Source: a virus
Taxonomy: Duplodnaviria; Caudoviricetes
Length of the DNA: 64,000 nt
Virus record (IMG/VR): IMGVR_UViG_3300018405_000014
Location: 1-64,000 of that record
Direction: 5' to 3' (one strand)
The position numbers were made by a program, and so were the translations under genes. Every line of letters begins with the position of its first letter. Within the stretch, counting starts at the first letter, position 1. Below are positions 44,510-55,101 of the stretch, piece after piece. Below the pieces are notes generated by a model, which did no database searches, was not told where the DNA came from, and worked only from the letters and a program-made list of their open reading frames with translations.

Positions 44510-47392
44510 TTACACCTTAGGTGCGTCAGAGATATCCAAATCCTCTTCCTCTCCCTCGGCAGGTTCCTCTCCTTCAGCCTGTTCTTCCTCAGGAAGCTCC
44601 TCGTCCAGTCCTTCGTCGTCCGGATCTTCCCCTTCAGCAGGTTCGTCTAGGTCAAAACTCCCCTCCTCATCACCTAGGCCGTCATCCCCTCCTTCGGCAT
44701 CAAAGCTTTCCTCGCCGCCGGCGTCATCCCCACCGCCGAACTCACTACCACCGGCCTCATCCTTAATCTCTTGCAGTTCCTGTTTACGGTCTGCCAGATC
44801 TTTCAGGATTTTAGCCCGCTTCGTGGCCGCGGTCAGCAACTCTTTGACGTAGTCGGCGATCGAGCCATTGAGTCCATCCAGATGGTTGCTTGCCGTCTCC
44901 AGTAGGTTGAAGGCTGGAGAGCCATCTTCCTCGTCGACTGTAGTGAAGATATCCACTTCCGGCATGATGTTGCGCTTACGCAGCCAGCGACGCTGGAATT
45001 CGGCTTTGACCACGGCGGTAATGGTTGGGATCATTTCCTCCATGCCAATGGCGGTATCGGATGCAAACATCTCTTCACTGATGTACGCCGCGATGACCTT
45101 GTCCAGTGCCTCACTGTACGCATCGTAGCCCTGCATGGATTTGCTGACATCACCCACTTCAGGCGCTGGCAGGTTAGCATGTAGCGACTCGACGAATTCA
45201 AAGATGAACTGGTCAATCAGCTCTTCTTCAGACAACTTCTGTTCGCCCGTGTTGTCCAAGAACTTCTTGTTCTCGGTTACGAACTCACGCATCTCAGCCA
45301 GGAAGATCCCGGAGTTGAGCAAGTAGCTACGGATGAAGTCTGTCAAGAACGGATCGAACTTGTCCTGGTTCTGGATCACGCGCTTAAGCAGCATCAGGTT
45401 GTTCTGAACTACCGTGGTCGCAAAGTCCGTTGAGTTGATACCCTCCATGATCTCAGGGCTCAGGCCGAACATCTGGATGTGTCGACGGCGGTACATCTCT
45501 TCCATCTCAGTGTCGATCGGGCGAGAGGTGCCTTCACGCTGACTGACGTCCAGTTTGGTCTCCGGGTAGCGGGTGTTTCCACTGACGACGACGTTCACCC
45601 CGTGATTTTGAATTTGATCCGCCAATCCTAGAGGGTGCGTCGAGCCTACGATGCGACTGAACCCCTGGCTGTTGACCTTGGCGTATTCAGAGAGCATGAA
45701 CTCTACTGTGCTGACCGGGTCTTCGTCCTGTGGGTCCAGGGTGATCTCCAGGGTCTTTCCGCCCACGGCGTTGTTGATCGTAGCCAGCGTGTTAGCCAAC
45801 ATGATCGCCGCACGAATCGAACCTAGAATCTTACCGTCTTCCAGCACTGTCTTACCTACACCGAACTCGTTGTAGTCAAACGCAATGTAGGTCATCATCT
45901 CCGCAGGGACAAACAAGATCATGGTCCGCTGACCCTTCAGGTGACGCGACAGCCAGATACGGTTGTGATTCTCAGTCTTGCCCAGTTCGTAGTTGCCAGA
46001 CAATGCCCCAGAACGTAGGCGGCTCAGTAGATCACCCTCGATCACCTCCCCGTGAATGCGCCCCAGTTCGTCAATGATTTCGTTCTGAAAGCCGCCCATG
46101 CCTTCAAACCCACGACGGGCTTGCTGAATCATTTGGCTGGCGTAGCTGTCGACGTTGTTCATCTGAGCTTTGATGTCGTCGTAGTACGAGCTCTGATCGG
46201 CGACATCGATAGGGTTGCCATCGATATCCAGAAGAACGTAGTACCCGACATGCTCTGCTGGGTTACCGGGGACGTGGATCGGGATTACCGATTCAGACGG
46301 CAGGTGCATGACCAACGGATGACCGTAGGTTTCAACCCCCGTCTGCCGATGCGTCATCACTGGCTGTACCGGTACGTGGGTGTAACGGCGCTTATTGTAG
46401 AAGCTCCGTTCGATGGCAGACAAGGTTCGCTTGGCGCCCTGATCGCCCTGATCGGCACGGCTCTCAAGTGACGCCCTGGAGTGCAAACGCCCACCATAGA
46501 TACGTTTGACAGCCAACTTGCGACGGGTCTCCACGACCATCGGCCGTTTGAGGATGTTGAGGTTATCCAACACCTCGATAGTGGACCCCTTATCAGTAAT
46601 CGCCTTCTGCATCGTTTTGGACAATTCACTGAGCTTACTGCGCTGATCACGGTGCTCACTGTCTTCAGGAATCAGGTTCTCCAGCGAGACCTTGATACCG
46701 GTTACATTGACCTCATGGTTATACTGTTCACTGCGGTAGTTGATCGATTCGAACGAGACGCCCGAGTACGAGTCAACCTTTTCAGGATTGGTGGACCCTT
46801 GGCCCAGTACACCCCACGGTAGGTAACGTCCTTTGTTGTCGGTTTCCTGACGAATGTGGCCATCGAGCTGCCGCACCGCCGATTCCAGAGACACACCACT
46901 GTAGTTGTCTGCGTTGATAATGCGGTCAATGGAAGACTCGGGCAAAACCAAGATAGGATACGAACCCTTCTCAAACAGAACATCGTTGAGAATAGGTTGC
47001 AGCAGCGACGTAATCCTATAGGAGTCATCGAAGAATTCCTGGACCTTCCTCAGTAAGGGTCCGGTCAGGTTGGAATCCAGTTTCTGGTTTTTAATCGTGT
47101 ACAGCACCTTGACATCTGTCAGGTCACCTGGTGCCAGCGTAGCTGAAATCAGGATCTGACGCGCATAATCCATGTCCGGAAGGATCTGGAAAAGGTTGCG
47201 TGCATCGCGAATATTGCCAATCGTTGTGTTAGCCACATGCGCCAGCACACGGTTGTCTGGCAGACGCATATTTTGCCGGGGCGTCGCAGCGCCACGCGGG
47301 TCAGGCTGCATCTTGCTGAGTGCCGCTTTGGTTTCATTGTCAATGTCACGCGTTGACAAGAACCTGGGAAAGCGGCGTGTTTCGTCGGCCAT
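44510..47392 (-). CDS. portal protein (phiKZ gp129-like)
   Basis: ~960 aa, start MADETRR after AAGGAG; several SLE/SFE protease motifs; very acidic C-tail; divergent from a gp128-like gene as in phiKZ. Confidence 0.7.
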   Translation of the reverse strand: MADETRRFPRFLSTRDIDNETKAALSKMQPDPRGAATPRQNMRLPDNRVLAHVANTTIGNIRDARNLFQILPDMDYARQILISATLAPGDLTDVKVLYTIKNQKLDSNLTGPLLRKVQEFFDDSYRITSLLQPILNDVLFEKGSYPILVLPESSIDRIINADNYSGVSLESAVRQLDGHIRQETDNKGRYLPWGVLGQGSTNPEKVDSYSGVSFESINYRSEQYNHEVNVTGIKVSLENLIPEDSEHRDQRSKLSELSKTMQKAITDKGSTIEVLDNLNILKRPMVVETRRKLAVKRIYGGRLHSRASLESRADQGDQGAKRTLSAIERSFYNKRRYTHVPVQPVMTHRQTGVETYGHPLVMHLPSESVIPIHVPGNPAEHVGYYVLLDIDGNPIDVADQSSYYDDIKAQMNNVDSYASQMIQQARRGFEGMGGFQNEIIDELGRIHGEVIEGDLLSRLRSGALSGNYELGKTENHNRIWLSRHLKGQRTMILFVPAEMMTYIAFDYNEFGVGKTVLEDGKILGSIRAAIMLANTLATINNAVGGKTLEITLDPQDEDPVSTVEFMLSEYAKVNSQGFSRIVGSTHPLGLADQIQNHGVNVVVSGNTRYPETKLDVSQREGTSRPIDTEMEEMYRRRHIQMFGLSPEIMEGINSTDFATTVVQNNLMLLKRVIQNQDKFDPFLTDFIRSYLLNSGIFLAEMREFVTENKKFLDNTGEQKLSEEELIDQFIFEFVESLHANLPAPEVGDVSKSMQGYDAYSEALDKVIAAYISEEMFASDTAIGMEEMIPTITAVVKAEFQRRWLRKRNIMPEVDIFTTVDEEDGSPAFNLLETASNHLDGLNGSIADYVKELLTAATKRAKILKDLADRKQELQEIKDEAGGSEFGGGDDAGGEESFDAEGGDDGLGDEEGSFDLDEPAEGEDPDDEGLDEELPEEEQAEGEEPAEGEEEDLDISDAPKV

Positions 47393-47419
47393 CTCACTAC
47401 TCCTTTTGGATCTTAAACG

Positions 47420-49609
47420 ATGAGTACTCTGTATCAGATTTATCACGAGTCGGTGATTCGACTGGCAGCAACTTTGGTGGTCAAGGACGAAGCAACCTGC
47501 ACCATCATCAACCAGCGCCTAGCCCTTCTGGGTCATGAGGTGTTGGAGGACCGTCCTGAGACATGGAAGTATTACCTGAACCTTGCAGGTCAGTACCATC
47601 CGTCGGACACAGTGATGACAGTGGTGTCCATGGACACCCATGAGAACATCGAATTCACCAAGGAAAACATGACATTGCACCGTGCCACCTGGCGCGAATA
47701 TCAGTACGGGTCTCGTTACTATAAAGAATTGTTGGCGCGCTACCCCGCTCAAGATGCACTGATCCACGGGATTTTAAACCCGGTGGACCTGAGCACAGCA
47801 ATAACTGCGCCGGATCATAGTATTCTGTATCATGACGCCGCTGAAGTTGAAGCACGCGAAGTCAACCTTATTGCCGAGTTGCAGAACTGGATCAATGCTC
47901 AGTTTGTTCGTTGGGCAAATGACGACTACCGTATCAACAACGCGTATTTTGTCACGGCTCGCCTGGGTGTCCTGTTTATGGCCATGCCGGAAGCGATCAA
48001 ATCCATCCGATCGGCCAATGCACGAACCAACCGCGTCCACAGTTACCACATCCGTCGGTACCTTGCCAGTTTTGGTCCGCTGGATAAGTACTACGACTCG
48101 ATGAATGAGTTCCAGCGCCTGTACTTCTACCGGAACATCCGCTATATCCTGAACAACAATGGCAAGGACGAAATGTTCCAGGAGCTGGTTGGTAAGGTCA
48201 TGACCGAACGAAAGTTCCCACTGGCCGAATACGTCATGCAGCAAAATGACACCAGGCTACTGGAACAAATGGACCCCGAGATACAGTTCGAACGCATGAG
48301 TGTCAATGCCATCCCGTCGGCTTTGGGTGAAGACATCAAGACACCTCGGATGATGTTGAGTCTGCAGCGTACCTTGGCGCGCTCCAACGACGAAGAAAAC
48401 TTCTACGCCGAGCAATACGTGCCAGAGGCCATGAGCCGCAGCTTGACGTCGGAGGTGCGTACCAAGTCACTGGAATCCAACGTCCTTGACCTTAAGGAAT
48501 CGGAACCCTATACCCTGAGCGAGGTCCTGCTCAACCACTGGATCTATTTGGCTGACAGTGGCCAGTACCGTACAGTGTTGATCATGCAGTTGCCAGACGG
48601 TGGTGATGGCGTCAAGCTCAGCATGAAGGAAGCGTACCTGGTATACCAATACCTTTACTTCCGGCGCATGGGCATCGAGTTGACCGAGATCCCACGGATC
48701 ATGGCCAAACGAGTCCGTCGTCAGCCTCTACCGACGTTTGAGGAGCTGCGGTCCATCACGACCACGGCAGTGACCTCAGACGCATTTATCCATGAGGCAC
48801 TGCGAGACAACGAAAGCATCACGTCTTATGTTTCAGTGGATTCATTCCTGAGGCTAAGTCAGAACATTCAGCGTCGAATGCTGTTGCATCGAGACCTCTA
48901 TGTTTACCGGGAAGACCTGTTCCAGTACGGGGAGATAAAACTTCTCGTTGACCGGTTCTATGTTGACATGCCAGTGGACATGGACAACGGACAATATTAC
49001 GCTGATTGGCTCAGGGCCCGCAGCCTTGACTTTGAGAAGTACAGCCAGGCAGAACTCGATGAGATCATGCTGGGAATTCTGAATCAGGCCACCGGGTTGG
49101 AATTGCGTACCGCACAGACGGTCAAGGACATCCAGCGAGCCATGTTGGGGATCATGTCTCAGTTGTCAAGCTACAGTGTTCATTATATCCAGCAGATCAA
49201 CGATGAAGCCGTGATCATGTTGGATTGGCCTCATCTGCGCTGGCATAACCCAGGTGGTTGGGTTGGACATGACGTGCGGCTACCAGTGCCTCAGGCAACG
49301 CCTTTAGACTTTTATGGCGCGGCAAAGCTCAAAGGGGTAATCGACCTGTCCGGGATGACTATTCAGGACCTGTCCCGCAGTGCTGCCCATGAGTTTGGTC
49401 TGGACCTTGGGATTGACTTCAACCTCAGTGGTCTTAACCAGCACCTGGAAGGCGGACTGATGCTGAACTCACTGGTCACTGTTCTCGGTCAGCCGTCATT
49501 CGACCTCAGTCAACTGAACAACACCACGGTCATCATTCCTGCATTGGCAAACAAGCCGATTGCAGACCTTTTTAACAGGACTGTGTCCAATGACTTCGTC
49601 AATCCTTAA
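47420..49609 (+). CDS. baseplate structural protein (phiKZ gp128-like)
   Basis: WKYYLNLAGQYH..D..M.V.S.DT motif of the jumbo-phage conserved family; gene order. Confidence 0.65.
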   Translation: MSTLYQIYHESVIRLAATLVVKDEATCTIINQRLALLGHEVLEDRPETWKYYLNLAGQYHPSDTVMTVVSMDTHENIEFTKENMTLHRATWREYQYGSRYYKELLARYPAQDALIHGILNPVDLSTAITAPDHSILYHDAAEVEAREVNLIAELQNWINAQFVRWANDDYRINNAYFVTARLGVLFMAMPEAIKSIRSANARTNRVHSYHIRRYLASFGPLDKYYDSMNEFQRLYFYRNIRYILNNNGKDEMFQELVGKVMTERKFPLAEYVMQQNDTRLLEQMDPEIQFERMSVNAIPSALGEDIKTPRMMLSLQRTLARSNDEENFYAEQYVPEAMSRSLTSEVRTKSLESNVLDLKESEPYTLSEVLLNHWIYLADSGQYRTVLIMQLPDGGDGVKLSMKEAYLVYQYLYFRRMGIELTEIPRIMAKRVRRQPLPTFEELRSITTTAVTSDAFIHEALRDNESITSYVSVDSFLRLSQNIQRRMLLHRDLYVYREDLFQYGEIKLLVDRFYVDMPVDMDNGQYYADWLRARSLDFEKYSQAELDEIMLGILNQATGLELRTAQTVKDIQRAMLGIMSQLSSYSVHYIQQINDEAVIMLDWPHLRWHNPGGWVGHDVRLPVPQATPLDFYGAAKLKGVIDLSGMTIQDLSRSAAHEFGLDLGIDFNLSGLNQHLEGGLMLNSLVTVLGQPSFDLSQLNNTTVIIPALANKPIADLFNRTVSNDFVNP

Positions 49610-50576
49610 TGGCCCTAGTAACACCCAAGCTGCTCTCCAGGAAAACGACGAGCAGGCGTTTTATCGCCTGCTTCGCTCCATGGTGAAGGCAGGTGTTGAA
49701 GTAGAGGGGTTTGAACATTCTGTACCTGTCACTGACCCGACAAATCCCACTCAGGCGTTGATCGAGGTGGGCATTACTCCTGCTAAATCCATGATCGACT
49801 ACTGGGGGTATCAGGACAAGATCCAGTTGACATATCGTCGCATTCCCATGAGCGCCATGGTGCAGCGCTACGGTACTATCCTGCGTGCTGACCTGCCTGT
49901 TACTGTCAAGACGCTGATGCAGGGGTGGTTTGACCGTGCCGGGCTATACGACCGGTCAGAACAATTTGTCGAGCAATCCATTGCCACCTTCGGTCAACAC
50001 ATAATGACCATCAAAGACGGTCAGTTCCTGCTTTATGGAGGAGCCCCCTTTGAGGTCAAACCGCTACAGCGCCAGCTGATAGATGTCTTGCCAAATCGTA
50101 CGGTTACGGGTTTCCGGACCCCCACTGACTTTGACACCAACGTCAAGGCGGTCCTGCTGTCGCAGTTAACGGCTGCCAATCCCGACACCTTACCTTACCC
50201 CTTGGAAATTGACCGGATCACGTTGAGTCCAGTCGAGGTTATGGGTGGGTATGCACATGACAACAGCCGGATTCGGTTGACTGCCAGTAGTGAGGGGTAT
50301 TACCTCGGTGATCTGGATGTCATCTACAGTCGACTGGACTTTGGCTGGTACACCATGGGTGATCAGATCTACATGGAAGGCCCACCGCTGCCAACCCTCA
50401 ACTACATCCTGAATCAGGCCAGTACTCAGACAGGGTTTCCATTGTCCAGTGACGATGTCGTCGCCACTACCTTCTCCAAGTTGACAGTGGGTGACCTCGC
50501 CACCCTGACCATTGCCTTCAAGCCTCAGAACCTGCGGTATGTGGGCGAACTAACCATTGATTATCGAGCGGTGTAA
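49590..50576 (+). CDS. virion/baseplate structural protein
   Basis: In a structural operon; YRR..M and Y.G.L.V.Y.R repeat motifs. Confidence 0.6.
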   Translation: MTSSILNGPSNTQAALQENDEQAFYRLLRSMVKAGVEVEGFEHSVPVTDPTNPTQALIEVGITPAKSMIDYWGYQDKIQLTYRRIPMSAMVQRYGTILRADLPVTVKTLMQGWFDRAGLYDRSEQFVEQSIATFGQHIMTIKDGQFLLYGGAPFEVKPLQRQLIDVLPNRTVTGFRTPTDFDTNVKAVLLSQLTAANPDTLPYPLEIDRITLSPVEVMGGYAHDNSRIRLTASSEGYYLGDLDVIYSRLDFGWYTMGDQIYMEGPPLPTLNYILNQASTQTGFPLSSDDVVATTFSKLTVGDLATLTIAFKPQNLRYVGELTIDYRAV

Positions 50577-50578
50577 CT

Positions 50579-51025
50579 GTGGCGAACTTTAGTCTTGAAC
50601 AACTCCTGCGTTTTACACCGTACGAGGCCGCACTGATCAGTTTCAATGAACAGCACGGCACACAACTCAACCCACGTTACGTGGAGCTGACAGAAGTCAT
50701 TGGTAGTGAAGGTCCGCAAGTCAGCCTGCGGTTGAAAGCGTCTTCCATAGCCCCCAACAGCGAAGAGAACCGCTTCACCAATCAAGCCCTGATTACCATC
50801 CAGCGCTTGGATATAGGTGCGCTATTCGCCGGGGCTGTTCGTATTCCGTACAGTGGCCGGATTGTCAGCTACGACGTCGGGCGCATCCTGACCCAACGCT
50901 CAGGGATAGTTTTTGATCCCAGTGACTTTATGGACCAGGTCCTGACGCCTGAGAGTAACATTCTGAAGGCTTCCCCTAAATCGCTTCGCTGGTACGGTCA
51001 ACTCACCGTCCTGCAACAACCCTAA
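50579..51025 (+). CDS. virion structural protein (GTG start)
   Basis: Coupled ORF; SLRWYGQL C-terminal motif. Confidence 0.6.
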   Translation: MANFSLEQLLRFTPYEAALISFNEQHGTQLNPRYVELTEVIGSEGPQVSLRLKASSIAPNSEENRFTNQALITIQRLDIGALFAGAVRIPYSGRIVSYDVGRILTQRSGIVFDPSDFMDQVLTPESNILKASPKSLRWYGQLTVLQQP

Positions 51026-51030
51026 TAGAG

Positions 51031-52050
51031 GTGGGTATGTATATCCGTCCACTGAAGTACAACAAACCGGTCGAGCAGCAACTGCTCGACATTTTGAACT
51101 TTACCAACGGCACCGCTATCGAGCCGTGGCAGGTTACCTTCGGTCCTCCCATCCCCGAGCAAGATCGAGAGATCCCGATTAACCTGCCTCACGTTCACGA
51201 CTACGATCTTCAGCGCCCCAACGTCACCACGCTGACGCGGATCGAAGTCAAGCCGACACCGGAATCGGGCTGGCGCCGCTCGCAGCACCTGACCTACCGC
51301 CGGCGGATCATCCAGGACCATTTTGCTGCAGTGCCGTTCGTCATCTATGCAGTGGAAAATTCCGATGCGGTGATCCTCAAGGCACTGAAGGATCAGTACG
51401 GACTTCACCTTGAACCTCACCTGGTCACCATCGACTTCGAACAGATCCCCATCACCACTGTGCTCTTTCAAACGCACATGGGGTCGATCATTGAGAACAA
51501 TATCGAATGTGAAGACTACATTCCACCTGTGACCTGGAATGCCAACGTCAAGATCAATCCAGACCACCCGATCTGGATGGGTGAAATCAAGGTCTATATC
51601 CGTGAGGCTGTCCTGCTTCTGGATCGTCCGATCAAGACCACCCTGGAAGTCAAGCGTTACCTGGGACCAGGCAATCACGACAAGCTTCCTGCCGAGATGA
51701 TCCTGCCCATGGATCGCTTCGTTGATTACGACCATACCCTCAAGCACCTCAAGCACGGTGATCTGGTTGGGGCATGGGCAGTGGATATGGCCAAACGGGT
51801 CACTGGTGATGAGTGGGTGTTCGAGAAGCGCCCGTTGCCTTTTAACCTCTATGGGGCAAAGGTAGTTTACAACGGCCTGAACACGGGCGAGATCTACATC
51901 AATGACCCTAAGGTCTCCAATGCTTTGATTATTCAGTTCCATGACGAGTACTCGAATAACCTTGCAGGCCAATGGATCATCGGCTACTACAACCACGAGA
52001 ACTGGCTGCGGCGTTCGCGCATTGATCATCTGCCGATACAGGATCAATGA
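51031..52050 (+). CDS. virion structural protein
   Basis: 339-aa ORF; FNLYGAKVVYNG motif; start may be 51037. Confidence 0.6.
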   Translation: MGMYIRPLKYNKPVEQQLLDILNFTNGTAIEPWQVTFGPPIPEQDREIPINLPHVHDYDLQRPNVTTLTRIEVKPTPESGWRRSQHLTYRRRIIQDHFAAVPFVIYAVENSDAVILKALKDQYGLHLEPHLVTIDFEQIPITTVLFQTHMGSIIENNIECEDYIPPVTWNANVKINPDHPIWMGEIKVYIREAVLLLDRPIKTTLEVKRYLGPGNHDKLPAEMILPMDRFVDYDHTLKHLKHGDLVGAWAVDMAKRVTGDEWVFEKRPLPFNLYGAKVVYNGLNTGEIYINDPKVSNALIIQFHDEYSNNLAGQWIIGYYNHENWLRRSRIDHLPIQDQ

Positions 52051-52101
52051 AAGCGAATTCTATGACCATATCCTATCTTTACGCTTGCTAAAGGCCTCGT
52101 C

Positions 52102-52977
52102 ATGCAAAAGATTGTCCCAACCCAACTGTCCAACTACCTTCAGGTAGCCAACTTCCTTGGCAGTTCCTTTGTTAAAGAAGAGAACACCACGCTCAACCAG
52201 AAGTTCGATATCCAGGCCAGTGCAGCCATTCCGCCCAACGCTCGCCCGACATTGAAGTTCTTCACCATCGGTATCGGTGGACACGGCTACACCATGGGGC
52301 CGAACAACATCCCCTTGAGCCAGGGTGTCGACCATACCTCGGCAGACGCCGGCCTGTACCATCACCTGCCGTTCGTGGTTCGTCCGATCAATGACGACCT
52401 GACTGCCGGTGAGCGAACCCGCTACTGCCTGCGCAAGACCATAACGGTTGATTCCGTGAACCTGGTTGCCTATTACGGGAAGCGTCTGGACCTGACGTCG
52501 GTCCGTCCCCGGATGACCAAGCGCACCATTCTCGATGATCAAACCATCGTCGAAGACTACGTCTACACCGAAGCCAACCTCTCCCCTACGCCGCCAGAAA
52601 TCCCCAACACTGGAGCGGTGACCACCAGCAACGAGTACCTGGCCACTTCGGCTATCGTGCCCATGCCGTTCACGGAAAAGGACGTGGCTGAGCTGTACAA
52701 CGTCGCAGAGACCCTGTTTGGGGATCGTCGGTTGGCGGTAATCAGTGAGTTCGGTTTCTGCACAGGAATCGATGCCGATGTGTCGATCAATACGCCGGCT
52801 GGCGCAGTCAACTTCAAAGAAGTCATCGCTGCCCAGATCGCCTCGATCATCAGCGGCCACTACGAACTGATTTACAACAGCAAAGGCTTTGACTTCAGTC
52901 TGGAAGTGGGTGCTGTCCAGCCGCTTCTTGGCACCAGCCAGATCCCGACGGTGTCCATGCAGATGCTGGGTGGTTAA
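52102..52977 (+). CDS. phiKZ-like virion/baseplate protein
   Basis: TTLNQKF..LPFVVR..DL...R..Y.LR..AYYGKR motif; TATG upstream at 52061. Confidence 0.6.
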   Translation: MQKIVPTQLSNYLQVANFLGSSFVKEENTTLNQKFDIQASAAIPPNARPTLKFFTIGIGGHGYTMGPNNIPLSQGVDHTSADAGLYHHLPFVVRPINDDLTAGERTRYCLRKTITVDSVNLVAYYGKRLDLTSVRPRMTKRTILDDQTIVEDYVYTEANLSPTPPEIPNTGAVTTSNEYLATSAIVPMPFTEKDVAELYNVAETLFGDRRLAVISEFGFCTGIDADVSINTPAGAVNFKEVIAAQIASIISGHYELIYNSKGFDFSLEVGAVQPLLGTSQIPTVSMQMLGG

Positions 52978-53011
52978 CACCCGGTAAACCGACTCCCTGG
53001 GGGACCTAGCC

Positions 53012-53602
53012 ATGCAGTTTAACGATGAGTCATTCATCTACCGCATCATGGGGATCGATAACGGCTCGTCTATGTTAGGGATGGTGGTGACAGACCTGGA
53101 TTTGCGTACTGGATTGTACGAGGTCGTCACTGCCGAAACCTTCGTGGCCGAGAAGATCCTAAAGGACTACCAGGGGTTGGTTTCATCGCACGGGGCTCGT
53201 TGGGCACGTCAGCACGCATTGCAAGATGCGGTGGCCAGTGCATTGCGATTCTTTAACCCGCATGTCGTGGCTGTGGAGACTCCATTCTTCATGCCACGTC
53301 GGGTACAGAGCTTTGAAACCCTGACAGAGATGATGATTTTCATTCGACTGGCTGTAGAAGATTACGGTCTAGGCAGTGACATTATCCGCGTCACCCCTGG
53401 TCAAGCCAAGCGGGCTGTTCAGCCTGCTAACTTCACCATGAAAAAGGCAGTCATGAAGGACTGCGTTCTTAGAATGGAAAACATCCATTATCGAGAGGGA
53501 ATCCACAAAGACGCGCTGACGGAACACGAGTACGATGCAATCGCTGTGGCCGTGGCCCATGGTCGAGATGTGAGAAGTGCGACGGGTTTCGTCAAGCCAT
53601 AG
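53012..53602 (+). CDS. ruvC: RuvC-like Holliday junction resolvase
   Basis: IMGIDNGSSMLG, VAVETPF, P..AK.AV, HEYDAIAVA catalytic motifs. Confidence 0.85.
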   Translation: MQFNDESFIYRIMGIDNGSSMLGMVVTDLDLRTGLYEVVTAETFVAEKILKDYQGLVSSHGARWARQHALQDAVASALRFFNPHVVAVETPFFMPRRVQSFETLTEMMIFIRLAVEDYGLGSDIIRVTPGQAKRAVQPANFTMKKAVMKDCVLRMENIHYREGIHKDALTEHEYDAIAVAVAHGRDVRSATGFVKP

Positions 53603-53605
53603 ACC

Positions 53606-54088
53606 ATGAGGGGCGTCGTGATGCTACTGTCTGACGTGATAAAGGTAATTGGTGACGATGAGCTCGAAGAGTTTCCGTGGGGGGGCGTGGTTGTCGATAC
53701 TGTCAACCTATTCGTCACTGAAGAATTTCGTTTGAAGCTGTCTTCAACCGGCCACGATGTTGACCGCGCCCTGAATTCTCTGGGTGCGGATGTGAAGGAT
53801 CTGGTGCTTAGGGCCAACCTGGACACCAGTCAATGCCGTATCACTGCCCCAGTGGGCGGTGGCATGGTAGTAGAGTTTGAAGAGACTACACCTGAAGATG
53901 AAACACGTAAGCTATGCAAGGCCATGAAGAGTCCGGTCTTTGTCGTAGTGGCGGTGGTGGTGATGATGATGATTATAGTCGCAATGATTATGATCAGTCT
54001 CCTGCCAGGAAACAGACCAATCGACCGGTCCGAGGTGTTTTCAGAGGCGGTTAGGATCTTCTTCCCGTCCCTATTAAACCTACCGTGA
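53606..54088 (+). CDS. membrane protein (one C-terminal TM helix)
   Basis: VFVVVAVVVMMMIIVAMIMISLL hydrophobic stretch. Confidence 0.65.
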   Translation: MRGVVMLLSDVIKVIGDDELEEFPWGGVVVDTVNLFVTEEFRLKLSSTGHDVDRALNSLGADVKDLVLRANLDTSQCRITAPVGGGMVVEFEETTPEDETRKLCKAMKSPVFVVVAVVVMMMIIVAMIMISLLPGNRPIDRSEVFSEAVRIFFPSLLNLP

Positions 54089-54098
54089 GTAACGGACT

Positions 54099-54302
54099 AT
54101 GGGTACTGTTGAACCTGTAACACCACCTGAGAACAAACGTGGATTTGCTTTCTACGTCAAGATGGCCATTCTGGCTGTCGTATTGTTGGTTGTACTTTCT
54201 GAAATTGTTATATCGCAGCGCGCGGGAACCTCATTCAACATGGAGATGCTCGATAAGCTTCTCGATACCTTATTGACCCTGCTGGCCCCGACTCCTGAAT
54301 GA
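54099..54302 (+). CDS. small membrane protein (holin-like candidate)
   Basis: 67 aa with TM MAILAVVLLVVLSEIVI. Confidence 0.55.
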   Translation: MGTVEPVTPPENKRGFAFYVKMAILAVVLLVVLSEIVISQRAGTSFNMEMLDKLLDTLLTLLAPTPE

Positions 54303-54310
54303 TGTACAGA

Positions 54311-54356
54311 CATAGAGCCTCCTAGAGCCCCTTCAAAGGCTCTAGGAGGCTCTATG
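54311..54356. terminator. long bidirectional hairpin
   Basis: CATAGAGCCTCCTAGAGCC/GGCTCTAGGAGGCTCTATG, a 19-bp perfect stem. Confidence 0.8.
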
Positions 54357-54363
54357 CGGCACG

Positions 54364-55002
54364 TTAGTGCTTCTTGCGATGCATCGGGTTGCTTACCTCA
54401 AAAGAGTTCTTAAACAGCGTCCTGACGAACTCTGCATCTTCCTGGGTCTTGATGCCGGGTTTGATCACGCGGATGTCTTCCAGGGCAAAGGGAATCTCCA
54501 CCTCTTCGATCTTCACACCATCCGGTACTTCCAGATCGATCTTGACCATCGATTGCTGGACACCCTCGGCATCTTCAAAGACGTCCACTTCAAGCACCAA
54601 GTCACTGTCCTTGACCGGGAAGAAGTAACGGGTCTTTTTCAGACCAGTGGGTACCAAGGAACGGAAGATAGCGAATGTATCGGCCGAGATCTCCATTTCA
54701 TTCTCTTGATTGCCGTCGGGTTGTTTGACCTTGATGGTTTGGGTGTAGACAGGCTCACCGTCCCCGGTCTTTGTCATGCGGACACGGATGTTACCGTTTA
54801 TGCCCGTATCACCCCCTACGTTGCAGGGCATGCCCCATTGTTCCTGGAACTCCTGACGGTCTGCCGACTTGGCCAGTGCTTCAAGGTCCTTGACTTTACC
54901 GTAGATCTCATATTCCCGTTCCTGGACCGTAGCCCCTTCTGCATTACTCTCCAAGCTGACGGCGTAGACGGGCGCCATGGCTTGTTTGAGGATTGTGTTC
55001 AT
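54364..55002 (-). CDS. CYTH-superfamily (triphosphate tunnel) protein with N-terminal protease site
   Basis: EREYE motif, IRVR, TIKVK, ENEMEI, KTRY, EVDVF, DLEV; VSLES near the N-terminus; start at 55002. Confidence 0.7.
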   Translation of the reverse strand: MNTILKQAMAPVYAVSLESNAEGATVQEREYEIYGKVKDLEALAKSADRQEFQEQWGMPCNVGGDTGINGNIRVRMTKTGDGEPVYTQTIKVKQPDGNQENEMEISADTFAIFRSLVPTGLKKTRYFFPVKDSDLVLEVDVFEDAEGVQQSMVKIDLEVPDGVKIEEVEIPFALEDIRVIKPGIKTQEDAEFVRTLFKNSFEVSNPMHRKKH

Positions 55003-55101
55003 GATAATGTCCTGTAGACGTAAGACCGACAAAAAAAGAAATGCACCATAGAATGACAGGGAAAGGCCGAAGCCCTCCCCTGTCACCCTGTGGCGTATGA
55101 C

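Noticed and set aside
44510-44800. Low-complexity Glu/Asp/Gly tract and overlapping Ser/Pro-rich + strand ORFs
   Set aside because: This is the acidic disordered C-tail of the portal-like protein; the opposite-strand ORFs are by-products.
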